From a virus, in IMG/VR virus record IMGVR_UViG_3300045988_084902: 40,338 nt of DNA; one strand, given 5' to 3'. Below are positions 24,036 through 33,732 of this stretch, one piece after another. Position numbers and translations under genes: made by a program. Every line of letters begins with the position of its first letter. The first letter of the stretch is position 1. Under the pieces are notes generated by a model. The model was not told the DNA's origin. It ran no database searches and worked only from the letters and a program-made list of their open reading frames with translations.

Positions 24036-24407
24036 ATGAAATTGCTTTCTCAAATGACTACAGACGAAGTATGCGACGCGCTTTGCGTTGCCGCGCCTGC
24101 CGTACAGGCAATGGCAGACGACGAGCAGCTTGTGGCAGAAATTCAGCGTGTTTTACCGCAGGGCGAGCATAGCAAGATGGACATTTACCGTTTCGGCGTG
24201 TCCCGCTTGGCTGTGCTTGTGCCGATTATTCTTAAAACCCACAGAAACGACCTGTATACTGCGCTTTCTCCGTTCAACGGCGTTCCGGTCGAGGATTGCG
24301 GCAAGCAGCGCTTTCTTGTTACGCTGGGGCAGTTGCGCGAGCTGGTAAAGGATAAGGATTTGGTCGATTTTTTCAGCTCGTCGTTCGATATGGGGCAGAA
24401 AGCATAA
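24036..24407 (+). CDS. Tail assembly chaperone (G-like)
   Basis: Position; contains the slippery site near its 3' end. Confidence 0.7.
   Translation: MKLLSQMTTDEVCDALCVAAPAVQAMADDEQLVAEIQRVLPQGEHSKMDIYRFGVSRLAVLVPIILKTHRNDLYTALSPFNGVPVEDCGKQRFLVTLGQLRELVKDKDLVDFFSSSFDMGQKA
24368..24374 (+). promoter_or_regulatory. Slippery heptamer T_TTT_TTC for the -1 programmed frameshift (G to GT fusion)
   Basis: In the G frame this reads gaT TTT TTC. The -1 frame stays open from here to 24691. Confidence 0.7.
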
Positions 24408-24691
24408 TTCTTGCAATGCTAGATATGCCGAAACTGAGCGTTCGTGCGCTTATGTCGGCGTTGCCATATCGAATTAGACGATACAATGAGGATAAAATAT
24501 ACAAATTGTATATGTCTGATGTGCTTATGTCCCTTGCAAACAGCATCATTCGCCCAGATGAGAAACCGCCGCGATACTTGGATATGATACGCCCCGAGAA
24601 ACCAGAAAAAGAGGAAATGCGCACGGAAGAGGAAATCATAGAGCATATTAAAAATAAATTGCGGGAGGTGAGCTGCGTTGGACGCATTTGA
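24368..24691 (+). CDS. T-like extension of the tail chaperone, read in the -1 frame
   Basis: The downstream ORF (track 24416-24691) is in frame -1 relative to 24036-24407. There are no stops between the slip site and 24416. Confidence 0.65.
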   Translation, partial: FFQLVVRYGAESIILAMLDMPKLSVRALMSALPYRIRRYNEDKIYKLYMSDVLMSLANSIIRPDEKPPRYLDMIRPEKPEKEEMRTEEEIIEHIKNKLREVSCVGRI

Positions 24692-26414
24692 TTTGTTTGC
24701 GAAAATCAGCCTTGATACAAGTGAATATGAAAAGCAGTTGGGAGAAGCAAAAAGCAGCGCGGGAGGATTGCACGGCATATTTGATAAGCTGGGTTTAGCC
24801 GCATCTAATATCGGCAAGGGTTTGTTTGACGTTACAAAACAAGTGGTTTCGGTAACGGCAGCGGCAACGACGGCGGGCGCAACAGCCGTTTCTGCATTGA
24901 CTGGGCTTGCCGTAAAAAGCTACGCAGAATACGAACAGCTTGTCGGCGGCGTAGAAACGCTGTATAAAACCAGCGCCGATAAAGTTCAGCAGTATGCAGC
25001 CGATGCGTACAAAACGGCTGGACTTTCGGCAAATGAGTACATGAACACGGCAACAACCTTTGCAGCCGCGCTTGTGTCTAGTCTGGGCGGAGATACGGAA
25101 CAAGCGGCAGAGCTTGCCAATACTGCCATTGGTGACATGTCCGACAATGCAAACAAGATGGGCACTAACATCTCGTCAATCCAAGACGCATACAACGGCT
25201 TCGCGAAGCAGAACTACACAATGCTTGACAACCTGAAGCTAGGCTACGGCGGAACAAAAACTGAGATGGAACGCCTTATTAAAGACGCCAACAAGCTCAA
25301 CGCTGCCCAGGGAAAAGCCACCAATTACACCATTGACAGCTATGCGGACGTTGTGAGCGCGATTCATGATGTCCAAAACGCAATGGGCATTACTGGTACG
25401 ACAGCTAAAGAGGCATCCACAACGATTCAAGGGAGTATAAATGCTACAAAATCCGCATGGTCAAACCTTATAACTGGAATTGCCGATGATAATGCCAATT
25501 TTGGGCAGCTTATCAGCAACTTTGTGGATAGCGCAACTACAGCGGTAAGCAACATTATTCCCCGCATAGAAGTCGCCCTGAACGGAGCTGCTAAGCTGAT
25601 AGAGAGCCTTGTCCCACCCATTATGGCAGAGTTGCCCGGCTTGATTGAAACTGTCCTGCCGCAGCTGGCGCAGTCTGCCGTGAACATCGTGCAGACGCTT
25701 GTTACGGGAATCAGCGCCAACGCAACGCAGCTTATTGATTCGGCGATTCAAATTATAACCGTGCTGGGCAATGGCATCTATCAGATGCTTCCGACCGTTG
25801 CACAATCGGCCTTGCAAATCGTATTAACGATGGTTTCAAAGCTGAATGAGAACTTGCCGCAAATGCTTGACACTGCCGGACAAATGCTGATTGCGTTTGT
25901 TGAGGGCATTTCGGAACACTTGCCGGACATTATGCTTGCCGCTGCATCTATCGTGGAGACCCTGCTGACCTACTTTATAGAGCATTTGCCGGACATTGTA
26001 GAAGGCGCAATGCAGATGGGCAACGCGGTCATTGATGGCATTATTGACGGCATTTCGGCAGCTTGGAACAGCCTTGTCAGCTGGTTCAATGGTTTGTGGG
26101 ACAGCCTGTTCGGGAACCGCTCTGTTAATGTGGATGTCAACAGTAGTGGCAGCAACCACAGCCACGCGGGCGGATTGGACTATGTGCCATATAACGACTA
26201 TGTTGCAAATCTGCACAGGGGCGAGATGGTGCTGACTGCACGGGAAGCAGAAAATTATCGTAATGGCAGAAAAACTGGCGGTGATATGGTGTTCCAGATC
26301 AGCATTAACGGTATGCAGTTTACGAGTGTTTCTGATATGGCCCATGCGCTGGCAAATGATATTTCCCACGAATTGGAAGCACAGACACGCAGAAAGGCGG
26401 CGCTGTATGGATAA
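24678..26414 (+). CDS. Tape measure protein (TTG start)
   Basis: 578 aa, Ala/Gly-rich and helical, positioned after the chaperones. SD GGGAGGTG. Confidence 0.8.
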   Translation: MDAFDLFAKISLDTSEYEKQLGEAKSSAGGLHGIFDKLGLAASNIGKGLFDVTKQVVSVTAAATTAGATAVSALTGLAVKSYAEYEQLVGGVETLYKTSADKVQQYAADAYKTAGLSANEYMNTATTFAAALVSSLGGDTEQAAELANTAIGDMSDNANKMGTNISSIQDAYNGFAKQNYTMLDNLKLGYGGTKTEMERLIKDANKLNAAQGKATNYTIDSYADVVSAIHDVQNAMGITGTTAKEASTTIQGSINATKSAWSNLITGIADDNANFGQLISNFVDSATTAVSNIIPRIEVALNGAAKLIESLVPPIMAELPGLIETVLPQLAQSAVNIVQTLVTGISANATQLIDSAIQIITVLGNGIYQMLPTVAQSALQIVLTMVSKLNENLPQMLDTAGQMLIAFVEGISEHLPDIMLAAASIVETLLTYFIEHLPDIVEGAMQMGNAVIDGIIDGISAAWNSLVSWFNGLWDSLFGNRSVNVDVNSSGSNHSHAGGLDYVPYNDYVANLHRGEMVLTAREAENYRNGRKTGGDMVFQISINGMQFTSVSDMAHALANDISHELEAQTRRKAALYG

Positions 26415-27120
26415 AAAGTTCTGGCTGGACGGCGCTTGCAGCCTGGATGCGGGGATTCGGCTGCAAAATGAGCTGACTTTTTGGCAGGCAACGCCGCGGG
26501 TTACGGTTACAAGCATACCGGGCCGCAGCGGTGACCTGCACATGTGGGATGGCAGCTACAGCAACGTTACCGGAACGGCAAAATGCTTTGCGCTGGATGC
26601 AAACGAGGTTGCGGAACGGCTGCCTGGAATTGCAGAGTTTTTGTGCGGGGAAACCATGGGATACCGGCGGCTTGAAACAGAGGAAGAGCCGGATATTTAC
26701 CGCATGGCGCGAGTGGAAAACCTGCCAGAAACGGAAATCCGGGTGCGGCGGCTGGCCCCATTTAACATTTCTTTTGACTGTATGCCGCAGAAGTTTTTTA
26801 AATCCGGCGAATGGCCCATTACCGCTGTAAGCGGGGATATTTTACGAAACCCGACCGGACAGCTGGCTTTTCCGCTGGTTGAGCTCGTATTAAGCGGGGA
26901 TGCAAAATTGCAAATTGGACAAGTTCAGTTGTCCATTGATGGGTATACCGGCAACATGGTGCTGGACTGCGAATTGCAAGATGCTTACAAGGATGGCACA
27001 AACCTGAACCAGTATGTGACCGCGCCTGAGTTCCCCGCTTTGGGGCCAGGAGAAAACCAGATCAGCTGGACAGGCGGAATTGACAGCTGTGTAATTACGC
27101 CAAGGTGGTGGACGCTATGA
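26407..27120 (+). CDS. Distal tail protein (Dit)
   Basis: Internal ATG at 26407 overlaps the tape measure stop. 237 aa. The position supports the call. Confidence 0.7.
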   Translation: MDKKFWLDGACSLDAGIRLQNELTFWQATPRVTVTSIPGRSGDLHMWDGSYSNVTGTAKCFALDANEVAERLPGIAEFLCGETMGYRRLETEEEPDIYRMARVENLPETEIRVRRLAPFNISFDCMPQKFFKSGEWPITAVSGDILRNPTGQLAFPLVELVLSGDAKLQIGQVQLSIDGYTGNMVLDCELQDAYKDGTNLNQYVTAPEFPALGPGENQISWTGGIDSCVITPRWWTL

Positions 27121-28973
27121 TTCCAAGATACTATGATGGCACCACTGGAGATAAGGGCAACGGGCTTGGCGCATTGCGCGACTGTATCAGCTGCACAATA
27201 ACAGAAGAGCGCAACGGCAGTTTTGAGCTTGAGATGGTATACCCTGTTGGCGGGCAGCATTATGATTCTTTGGCGCTGCGCGGGTTAATTAAGGCGAAGC
27301 CAAACCCGTTTGCGGATGAACAACTATTCCGCATCTACCAGATAAGCAGGCCGATTGGTGGACAGGTGACGGTAAATGCGGCGCACATTAGCTATGATTT
27401 GAGCGGCATTCCGGTTGCACCGTTTGTGGCGAGTGGCGCACAGGCAGCATTAGCCGGATTAAAAGAGCACGTTGCAGCAAATTGCGAATTTACGTTTTGG
27501 AGTGACATATCTACAGCGGGGGATTTTTCCGTTTCTGTCCCTTCTTCTCTGCGTAGCCGGTTGGGCGGCGTTGAAGGAAGCGTTTTGGACGTTTTTGGCG
27601 GAGAATACGAGTGGGATAATTACGCTGTCAAGCTGCATGGAGCGAGAGGAAGCGACCGGGGCGTAAGTATCCGATACGGGAAGAACCTGACCGATCTGAC
27701 GCAGGAAGAAAACTGTGCAAGCATTTATACCGGCGTATATCCTTACTGGGCAGGCAGTGACGGCAATGTGGTGCAAATTAGCACAGGGCCGGTTGTGAAT
27801 GTGCCGGATGGAAATTACGATTTTGTACGCATTTTAACGCTGGATGTGAGCCAAGATTTTGAGGAACAACCCACAGATGAACAGCTGCAGCAGGCTGCGC
27901 TAAAGTACATCAAATCAAACAATGTTGGTGTGCCGGAAGTAAGCTTGAAATTGAGTTGGGCACAGTTGGAAAACACCGAAGAGTATAAGGGCAAGGCAGT
28001 GCTTGAGCGCGTGGGGCTGTGTGATACCGTGCGTGTGACGTTTGCACGGTTGGGCGTACAGGCTACCGCAAAGGTTGTAAAAACCGTGTACAACGTGCTT
28101 TTGGGGCGATACGACAGTGTAGAACTTGGCGATGCACGCGCAACGCTTGCGGACACTGTTGCAAGCCTGGGCAAAGACACCAAACAAGAGATTGACCGCA
28201 CACAGACCATGTTGAAACGTGCGATTGCCCGCGCCACAAAATTGATTACCGGCAATTTAGGTGGATATGTAGTTTTCCACAGCTCTACCGGGGGCGATAC
28301 ACCGGATGAAATCTTGATTATGGACAAGCCCGACATTAACACAGCAACAAGGGTGTGGCGGTGGAATCTATCTGGGTTGGGATATTCCTCAACCGGATAC
28401 AATGGCGAATTTGGGCTTGCCATGACAATGGATGGGGCTATTGTGGCGGATTACATTACCGCCGGTACATTGGCCGCAAATCTGATAAAAACCGGAATTA
28501 TCCAGAGCCTAAACGAGATCACCTATTTTGACCTGGACAACGGAATTATCAAGTTGGGGTATGATGACGATACCAACGGGCACAAATATGCCAAAATTAC
28601 GCCGGACGGCATCCGGTGGATGGGCGGCCAAACCAGCGGCGGCGAAACTGCGCAGGGCGTGATACAAAACAATGCAGATACCTGTACATTTGCGAGTGAT
28701 ACCCGATACCAGCGGTACGGCTGGCTGCACAAAAACGCGGATGGAAGCGAAAGTTTCCAGGGGTTGAAACTTGAACAGGTAGATGCAGAAGCAATTTTTG
28801 AAAATTTGAAAAAAATCAGCTTTGGCGGGACGTTTAGCGGGCGCAGCCTTGTAATGTGGGACACGGTAGAGGTATCCAGCGGCAAAGGGGACGCAACGTT
28901 AAAGGCCGACCAACTATATGTTGGCGGTAAAAGAATCTATTGCAATGATGACGGCACGGTAACGTGCGGATAA
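27117..28973 (+). CDS. Tail-associated protein / tail endopeptidase-like (Tal)
   Basis: ATGA overlap. N-terminus: LRDCISCTITEERNGSFELEMVYPVGGQHYDSLALRGLIKAKP...LFRIY. Confidence 0.7.
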   Translation: MIPRYYDGTTGDKGNGLGALRDCISCTITEERNGSFELEMVYPVGGQHYDSLALRGLIKAKPNPFADEQLFRIYQISRPIGGQVTVNAAHISYDLSGIPVAPFVASGAQAALAGLKEHVAANCEFTFWSDISTAGDFSVSVPSSLRSRLGGVEGSVLDVFGGEYEWDNYAVKLHGARGSDRGVSIRYGKNLTDLTQEENCASIYTGVYPYWAGSDGNVVQISTGPVVNVPDGNYDFVRILTLDVSQDFEEQPTDEQLQQAALKYIKSNNVGVPEVSLKLSWAQLENTEEYKGKAVLERVGLCDTVRVTFARLGVQATAKVVKTVYNVLLGRYDSVELGDARATLADTVASLGKDTKQEIDRTQTMLKRAIARATKLITGNLGGYVVFHSSTGGDTPDEILIMDKPDINTATRVWRWNLSGLGYSSTGYNGEFGLAMTMDGAIVADYITAGTLAANLIKTGIIQSLNEITYFDLDNGIIKLGYDDDTNGHKYAKITPDGIRWMGGQTSGGETAQGVIQNNADTCTFASDTRYQRYGWLHKNADGSESFQGLKLEQVDAEAIFENLKKISFGGTFSGRSLVMWDTVEVSSGKGDATLKADQLYVGGKRIYCNDDGTVTCG

Positions 28974-28985
28974 GGAGTTTGAGCA

Positions 28986-31046
28986 GTGGCTACAGAAGTA
29001 ATGACAGCACCAGAAGGGCGGATTATCCACAAAACATATGCGGTACTTTCTGGTGCAGCGATACCGCAGCGAGTGCATGTTACACAGTATGACGAGAGCT
29101 TGCCGGTTATTGCCTGCACACTGTACAAGGATGGGCAGCTATACACGATTCCGGAAGGCGCAAGCGTGCGGCTGCGGATGAACAAAAACGGCTTGCCAGT
29201 ATACCATGAAGCAATTGGCATTGATGATGCACGGCACGTTGTATACCTTGAAATTACCGCGCAGATGACGGTACTGTATGGTGAGTTTGCGATGGTTCTT
29301 GAAGTTGAAACCTCTGACGGGAAAACGGCAGGAACCAGCTATTTACGGCTTATTGTACGGCAAAACCCGATACAGAACCCGGAGCTTGACAATATTCCGG
29401 ATTACACTGCAAACAGTAACAGGCTGACGGCTGAAGGGGTTAAAAAGCTGCAAGATGAAAGCAGCACGCAGCAGAAAGCGATTGAGGATAAGGGCAAAAA
29501 CACGCTGGAATCTATCCCGGCGGACTACAGCACGCTGAGCGGGAAGGTGAATAAAAATACCAACGGGATTAGTGGACTAAAGGAAGATTTAGACAAGTTG
29601 AATGAAGGCGGACTTATAATCAAAGATGAAGTTATTGCAAAAGACGTCAACAATTGGCTGGATGAGCATCCAGAAGCGACTACGACGGTGCAGGATGGGG
29701 CGATTACAGAGACAAAAATTGCAGCTAAATTTTTACCGTATATTTCAAATTCGTATATAACACCCCAAATGTTTGGAGCAAAAGGCGACGGAGTTTCTGA
29801 TGATACTGAAAGCATAGCAAGCTGCTTTGCGTATGCACAAGTCCAAAAATCCGTTATAGTCTTTCCGGCCGGAAATTATGGAATTTCAGAGCCTTTAAGT
29901 GTAAATTTTGATATAAAAATTATAGGAGAAAATGCGTTTATTATCCCTCTTAAAGAAATGACGCATTTTATGGGCATAAACACATTTGAAAAAACAAATT
30001 CGGGATATATTTCTGGTCTCGGATTTTCTGCTGGGAATGCATTTTCTGTCTCTACAGGCGTCAAAATATCATATGTAGCAAATTTTCGGTTGCATGGATT
30101 GAAAATTTTTAATACAACAGTTGGAATAGATTACATAGCCGGATATGAACTTTTAGTTGACAGCTGCTTGATTCGGACAAGTATTCCGAGCACAGAATCC
30201 ATCGGAGTTTATGTTAAAACGTCCGACTCTCATTTTTCAAATATTATTATTGTCAACTATCACATCGGGATTAGTGATGAATATGGTGGTAATTTTTACA
30301 ATAAAATTCACGCATGGATTGCAAATTCCGATATTGTAAAAGGAAGTATATATTTTCGTGCAAACTCAAGCGCATACTTATCTCAGTGCTTTAATGATAC
30401 ATATGAAACAGCCTTTTATATAAATGGTAAGAATAATGTTATTGTCTCCGAACTCAGAAATTTTTACAATAGCACCTATATAAATTCTGACGTTATAGAC
30501 GATGTTCCTGTACTTTTCTATATTTCAGATGGGAAAGAAACTGGAAATCTGAAATGTTTTGGTGTATCTGTTCCAGACGTTGGATCGCTTTTCAACGGAA
30601 AAAAAATCAAGTTCAGCAATGTTGAAAAAGAAAAGTGGGATAGCGATTTTAAATCGCTATCCCCGGGTTCTTTATCGTTCTACTGCGATGGTGTCCCTGA
30701 TGGCTTGATTGTATATAATCCGGGAATAACAGTGGCTACTAATAGTGACGCAAGCTCATGGGATATAAAATACAACAGGATTTATAGAAGAGGTCATTAT
30801 TGTAAGTTGGAGTTTGCTGCTTTATATAGAGGAACGGCAACGAATTTAAATAATGTTTTCAATTTTGCAAACTACAAAACGCATCCGGCAAAATCGAAAG
30901 AACTTTTTGCGTCTCTTAGCAAGACTCAATATGACATCCCGGATGCCTTTGGGTATTTGTATATCGGCGGCGGGTCATTAAGCTTAAAACTTCCAGATTC
31001 GGAATCAAAATTTGTTCATTTTGACGTAGATTACTATGCAAATTAA
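28986..31046 (+). CDS. Receptor-binding protein: BppU-like N-terminus, coiled-coil linker, beta-helix/pectate-lyase-like C-terminus (GTG start)
   Basis: The motif ITPQMFGAKGDGVSDDTESIASCF is typical of Pectate_lyase_3-type tailspikes. The N-terminus resembles the baseplate upper protein. Confidence 0.7.
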   Translation: MATEVMTAPEGRIIHKTYAVLSGAAIPQRVHVTQYDESLPVIACTLYKDGQLYTIPEGASVRLRMNKNGLPVYHEAIGIDDARHVVYLEITAQMTVLYGEFAMVLEVETSDGKTAGTSYLRLIVRQNPIQNPELDNIPDYTANSNRLTAEGVKKLQDESSTQQKAIEDKGKNTLESIPADYSTLSGKVNKNTNGISGLKEDLDKLNEGGLIIKDEVIAKDVNNWLDEHPEATTTVQDGAITETKIAAKFLPYISNSYITPQMFGAKGDGVSDDTESIASCFAYAQVQKSVIVFPAGNYGISEPLSVNFDIKIIGENAFIIPLKEMTHFMGINTFEKTNSGYISGLGFSAGNAFSVSTGVKISYVANFRLHGLKIFNTTVGIDYIAGYELLVDSCLIRTSIPSTESIGVYVKTSDSHFSNIIIVNYHIGISDEYGGNFYNKIHAWIANSDIVKGSIYFRANSSAYLSQCFNDTYETAFYINGKNNVIVSELRNFYNSTYINSDVIDDVPVLFYISDGKETGNLKCFGVSVPDVGSLFNGKKIKFSNVEKEKWDSDFKSLSPGSLSFYCDGVPDGLIVYNPGITVATNSDASSWDIKYNRIYRRGHYCKLEFAALYRGTATNLNNVFNFANYKTHPAKSKELFASLSKTQYDIPDAFGYLYIGGGSLSLKLPDSESKFVHFDVDYYAN

Positions 31047-31149
31047 ATTTAATCCGAAAGGACGTGACAGTATGAACCGCCTGACTTTCTTTTTCCGCCC
31101 ATTGCCCACGCAAAGAGGGCTCTAGCTAAACCAACAAGGAGTTGAAAAC

Positions 31150-32553
31150 ATGAGATTATCCAACGAAGACGTACTGCTCCGCTGGCCCCTGGCCCAGCAC
31201 ATTATCACCGCGGGCTGGCTCTACAATGATGGTAGCCTGCACCGGGCACTGGATTTCCGCGCAGCAGTTGGTACACCAATATATGCAGCGGAAGCGGGCA
31301 CGGTTGCAATCGCCTACCACTGGAATGGCAAGCGCACCAGCGGCGATACAAACAGCTATGGCAACATGATTAAGCTGAAACACGCTACATACAAGTATGG
31401 TGCGCTCGAAACGCTGTACGCACATCTTAATAAGATTGTTGTCAAGAGAGGTCAGCAGGTGCAGGAGGGCCAGCTGATCGGCTACAGCGGCAACACCGGC
31501 AACAGTTTTGGTGCACACCTGCATTTTGAAGTGCGCTGGAAAGGCCAGCGTACCAACCCGCTGAACTGGCTGGATGCTGATTTCAGCACGGCCAGCAGTG
31601 CGGTCAAGCTGGGCAGTTACAGCAGCATACAACACACAGAGGAAGTGAAGCGCATGTATTATGCAATCGACGTATCGAAACACCAAAACAAATTTGATTG
31701 GCAGGCAGCCTACAGCAAGGGCATCCGCCACGCCATGCTGCGCGCCGGGTATGGCCGTTACAGCAGCCAGGTTGACCCGCAGTTTGAGCGCAACGCAGCG
31801 GAATGCGCCCGCCTGGGTATCCAGTACGGCGTGTACTGGTACAGTTATGCAAGCACCCCGGAGGAGGCACGCCAGGAGGCCCGCTGCTGCCTGGCCGCGA
31901 TCAAGGACAAACACCTGTGCCTGCCGGTAGCCTATGACATTGAGTATGAGCCGTGCATTTTGCGGCTGACCAACGCGCAGCGCACGGCACTTGTACAGGC
32001 ATTTTTGTCGGAGATTGAGGCCGCAGGGTATTACGGCATCCTGTATGCTAGCTGCAATTTTATTCGCAACCGCCTGGACTACAAGGCGCTGTCCAAATAC
32101 GATATCTGGGTCGCCCAGTACGGCAGCACATGCCCCTGCCCCCTGCCGTATGGCATCTGGCAGTATTCCAGCCGCAACGCGCTGGGCGTGCCCGGCTACG
32201 GCACCAGCCTGGACTGCAACCGGGTGTATAAGGACTATGAGCAGCTGATGATCCAGGCGGGCCTGCAAGGTCACACCGCGCCCACCCCGGAGGACACCAC
32301 CCCCAACAAGCTGGACAAGCAGCGGATTACTATTGGCCGTATCTCCAGCGGAGACCGCGCAACCATCCGCGCCCTGTGCGAGGGGCTGGGGCTGATCGCG
32401 GCGGGCCTGTACCACGAGACCTGTGCGGATGGCAACCAGTGGATGCTGGACGTTGGGCCGGTATCCAGCGGCGACGCTTGGTACATCATGCGCAAGTGCG
32501 CGGAGCTGCAGCTGATTGATGCAGGGCTGTACAAGGCCGAATATGTGGGGTGA
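31150..32553 (+). CDS. Bifunctional endolysin: M23 peptidase, GH25 muramidase, and two C-terminal repeats
   Basis: M23: HRALDF...YAHL...GNTGNSFGAHLHFEV. GH25: YAIDVSKHQNKFDW...YGVYWYSYA. Repeats: SSGDRATIRALCEGLGLIAAGLY and SSGDAWYIMRKCAELQLIDAGLY. Confidence 0.85.
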   Translation: MRLSNEDVLLRWPLAQHIITAGWLYNDGSLHRALDFRAAVGTPIYAAEAGTVAIAYHWNGKRTSGDTNSYGNMIKLKHATYKYGALETLYAHLNKIVVKRGQQVQEGQLIGYSGNTGNSFGAHLHFEVRWKGQRTNPLNWLDADFSTASSAVKLGSYSSIQHTEEVKRMYYAIDVSKHQNKFDWQAAYSKGIRHAMLRAGYGRYSSQVDPQFERNAAECARLGIQYGVYWYSYASTPEEARQEARCCLAAIKDKHLCLPVAYDIEYEPCILRLTNAQRTALVQAFLSEIEAAGYYGILYASCNFIRNRLDYKALSKYDIWVAQYGSTCPCPLPYGIWQYSSRNALGVPGYGTSLDCNRVYKDYEQLMIQAGLQGHTAPTPEDTTPNKLDKQRITIGRISSGDRATIRALCEGLGLIAAGLYHETCADGNQWMLDVGPVSSGDAWYIMRKCAELQLIDAGLYKAEYVG

Positions 32554-32557
32554 TGCA

Positions 32558-32857
32558 GTGAAAAAACTTTTTGTTTCTCAGCCGATGCGAGGCAAAACGA
32601 ACGAAGAAATTATCAAGGAACGCAAGGTTTTGATTGCTGATGTGTACATGAAAACACACGAAAATTTAGCAGTCATTGATTCATTTTTTGAGAACGCCCC
32701 GGCTGACGCAACACCGCTGTGGTATCTGGGCGAAAGCCTCAAGCTGCTGGGCACCGCTGATTTTGCAGTGTTCGCCCCTGGCTGGCAGGACTATCGCGGG
32801 TGCCGTATTGAGCACGATGCCGCCGTAGCCTACGGCATCCCTATCGTGGAGGTGTGA
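32558..32857 (+). CDS. DUF4406 / nucleoside 2-deoxyribosyltransferase-like small protein (GTG start)
   Basis: Sequence: VKKLFVSQPMRGKTNEEIIKER...ADFAVFAPGWQDYRGCRIEHDAAVAYGIPI. Confidence 0.45.
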   Translation: MKKLFVSQPMRGKTNEEIIKERKVLIADVYMKTHENLAVIDSFFENAPADATPLWYLGESLKLLGTADFAVFAPGWQDYRGCRIEHDAAVAYGIPIVEV

Positions 32858-33210
32858 TGCCAATGCAGCATGTATTTTCGTTTACGATCGCGGAAGCCTG
32901 GGCATTTTTGATTTACGCGGCGGGTGCTGCTGCCGGACTGTATGCCGGGGGAGTGGCTATCAGCAAAGTAATTACCGCAATAAAAAAGCCAAAAACCGAC
33001 CAGGACAAACGCATTACCCAGTTAGAAGCGCGGGTGAACGCTATGGAGGGCTTTTTGAGAAACGACAAACAGCGGCTTGACCGCATGGATGAAGGGCAGC
33101 ACGTGACCATGCAGGCACTGCTTGCCCTGCTTGACCACAACCTTGATGGAAACAACATTGACCAGATGCAGAAAGCCAAGGAAGCCTTGCAGAAGCATCT
33201 GATCGGCTAA
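32857..33210 (+). CDS. N-terminal TM plus coiled-coil protein (possible holin-associated or lysis accessory protein)
   Basis: TM segment AWAFLIYAAGAAAGLYAGGVAI followed by a coiled coil. Alternative starts are at 32854 (GTG) and 32863 (ATG). Confidence 0.45.
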   Translation: MPMQHVFSFTIAEAWAFLIYAAGAAAGLYAGGVAISKVITAIKKPKTDQDKRITQLEARVNAMEGFLRNDKQRLDRMDEGQHVTMQALLALLDHNLDGNNIDQMQKAKEALQKHLIG

Positions 33211-33227
33211 AAAAAGGAGAAAGCAAA

Positions 33228-33500
33228 ATGGATATTTCTTTTCTGTCCGAATATATGATCCCCGTGATTGTTGGCATCTGCCTGTGCGTGGGCTGGATTG
33301 TCAAGCAGTGGATTAAGGATGTTGACAACCGGTATATTCCCACGATTTGCGCGGCGCTTGGTGTCGCACTGGCATGCTGGATGAATTGGCCTGAAATTAC
33401 CGCTACTGTGATTTTGTCCGGCCTTGCAAGCGGGCTGGCATCCACCGGTCTACATCAGGCTTTCAAGCAGATTCTTGAGGGATTTAGCAATGGGAAGTAA
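33228..33500 (+). CDS. Holin (Hol44 / Phage_holin_5-like)
   Basis: Sequence: YMIPVIVGICLCVGWIVKQWIKDVDNRYIPTICAALGVALACW...GLASGLASTGLHQAFKQ. Confidence 0.65.
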   Translation: MDISFLSEYMIPVIVGICLCVGWIVKQWIKDVDNRYIPTICAALGVALACWMNWPEITATVILSGLASGLASTGLHQAFKQILEGFSNGK

Positions 33501-33684
33501 GTTTGACTTCCGAATGAGCCGCAGCGACTATGATGACCTCTGTTTTGACCTGACCGATGACGAACACGCCGTGTTGGATTTGCGGCGGCGCGGGATGCAC
33601 AATGCCGACATTGCGGCAGAGCTGTATTGTAGCGAAAGGACGGTTAATCGGAGAGTTCGAGCGATAAAAAGTAAATTAGGCTAA
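33490..33684 (+). CDS. Small sigma-70 region-4 / LuxR-type HTH protein
   Basis: Sequence: LTDDEHAVLDLRRRGMHNADIAAELYCSERTVNRRVRAIKSKL. Confidence 0.55.
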   Translation: MGSKFDFRMSRSDYDDLCFDLTDDEHAVLDLRRRGMHNADIAAELYCSERTVNRRVRAIKSKLG

Positions 33685-33732
33685 AAAAGGCCTCTTGCAA
33701 TTTAGACTATTGCAAGAGGCCTTTTTATTTTT
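33683..33732. terminator. Bidirectional intrinsic terminator shared by convergent genes
   Basis: 13-bp stem ggcctcttgcaat/attgcaagaggcc, with an A-run upstream and a T-run downstream. Confidence 0.8.

Noticed and set aside
25836-26543. 235-aa minus-strand ORF
   Set aside because: It is antisense to the tape measure and Dit genes.
28986-31046. Diversity-generating retroelement targeting the receptor-binding protein
   Set aside because: No reverse transcriptase ORF and no template/variable repeat pair could be found anywhere in the window.
31156-32415. 419-aa minus-strand ORF, the longest alternative ORF in the window
   Set aside because: It is a shadow ORF antisense to the GC-rich endolysin gene. 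The translation is low-complexity and Ala/Gly/Arg-rich, there is no SD, and the plus-strand frame carries clear M23 and GH25 motifs.
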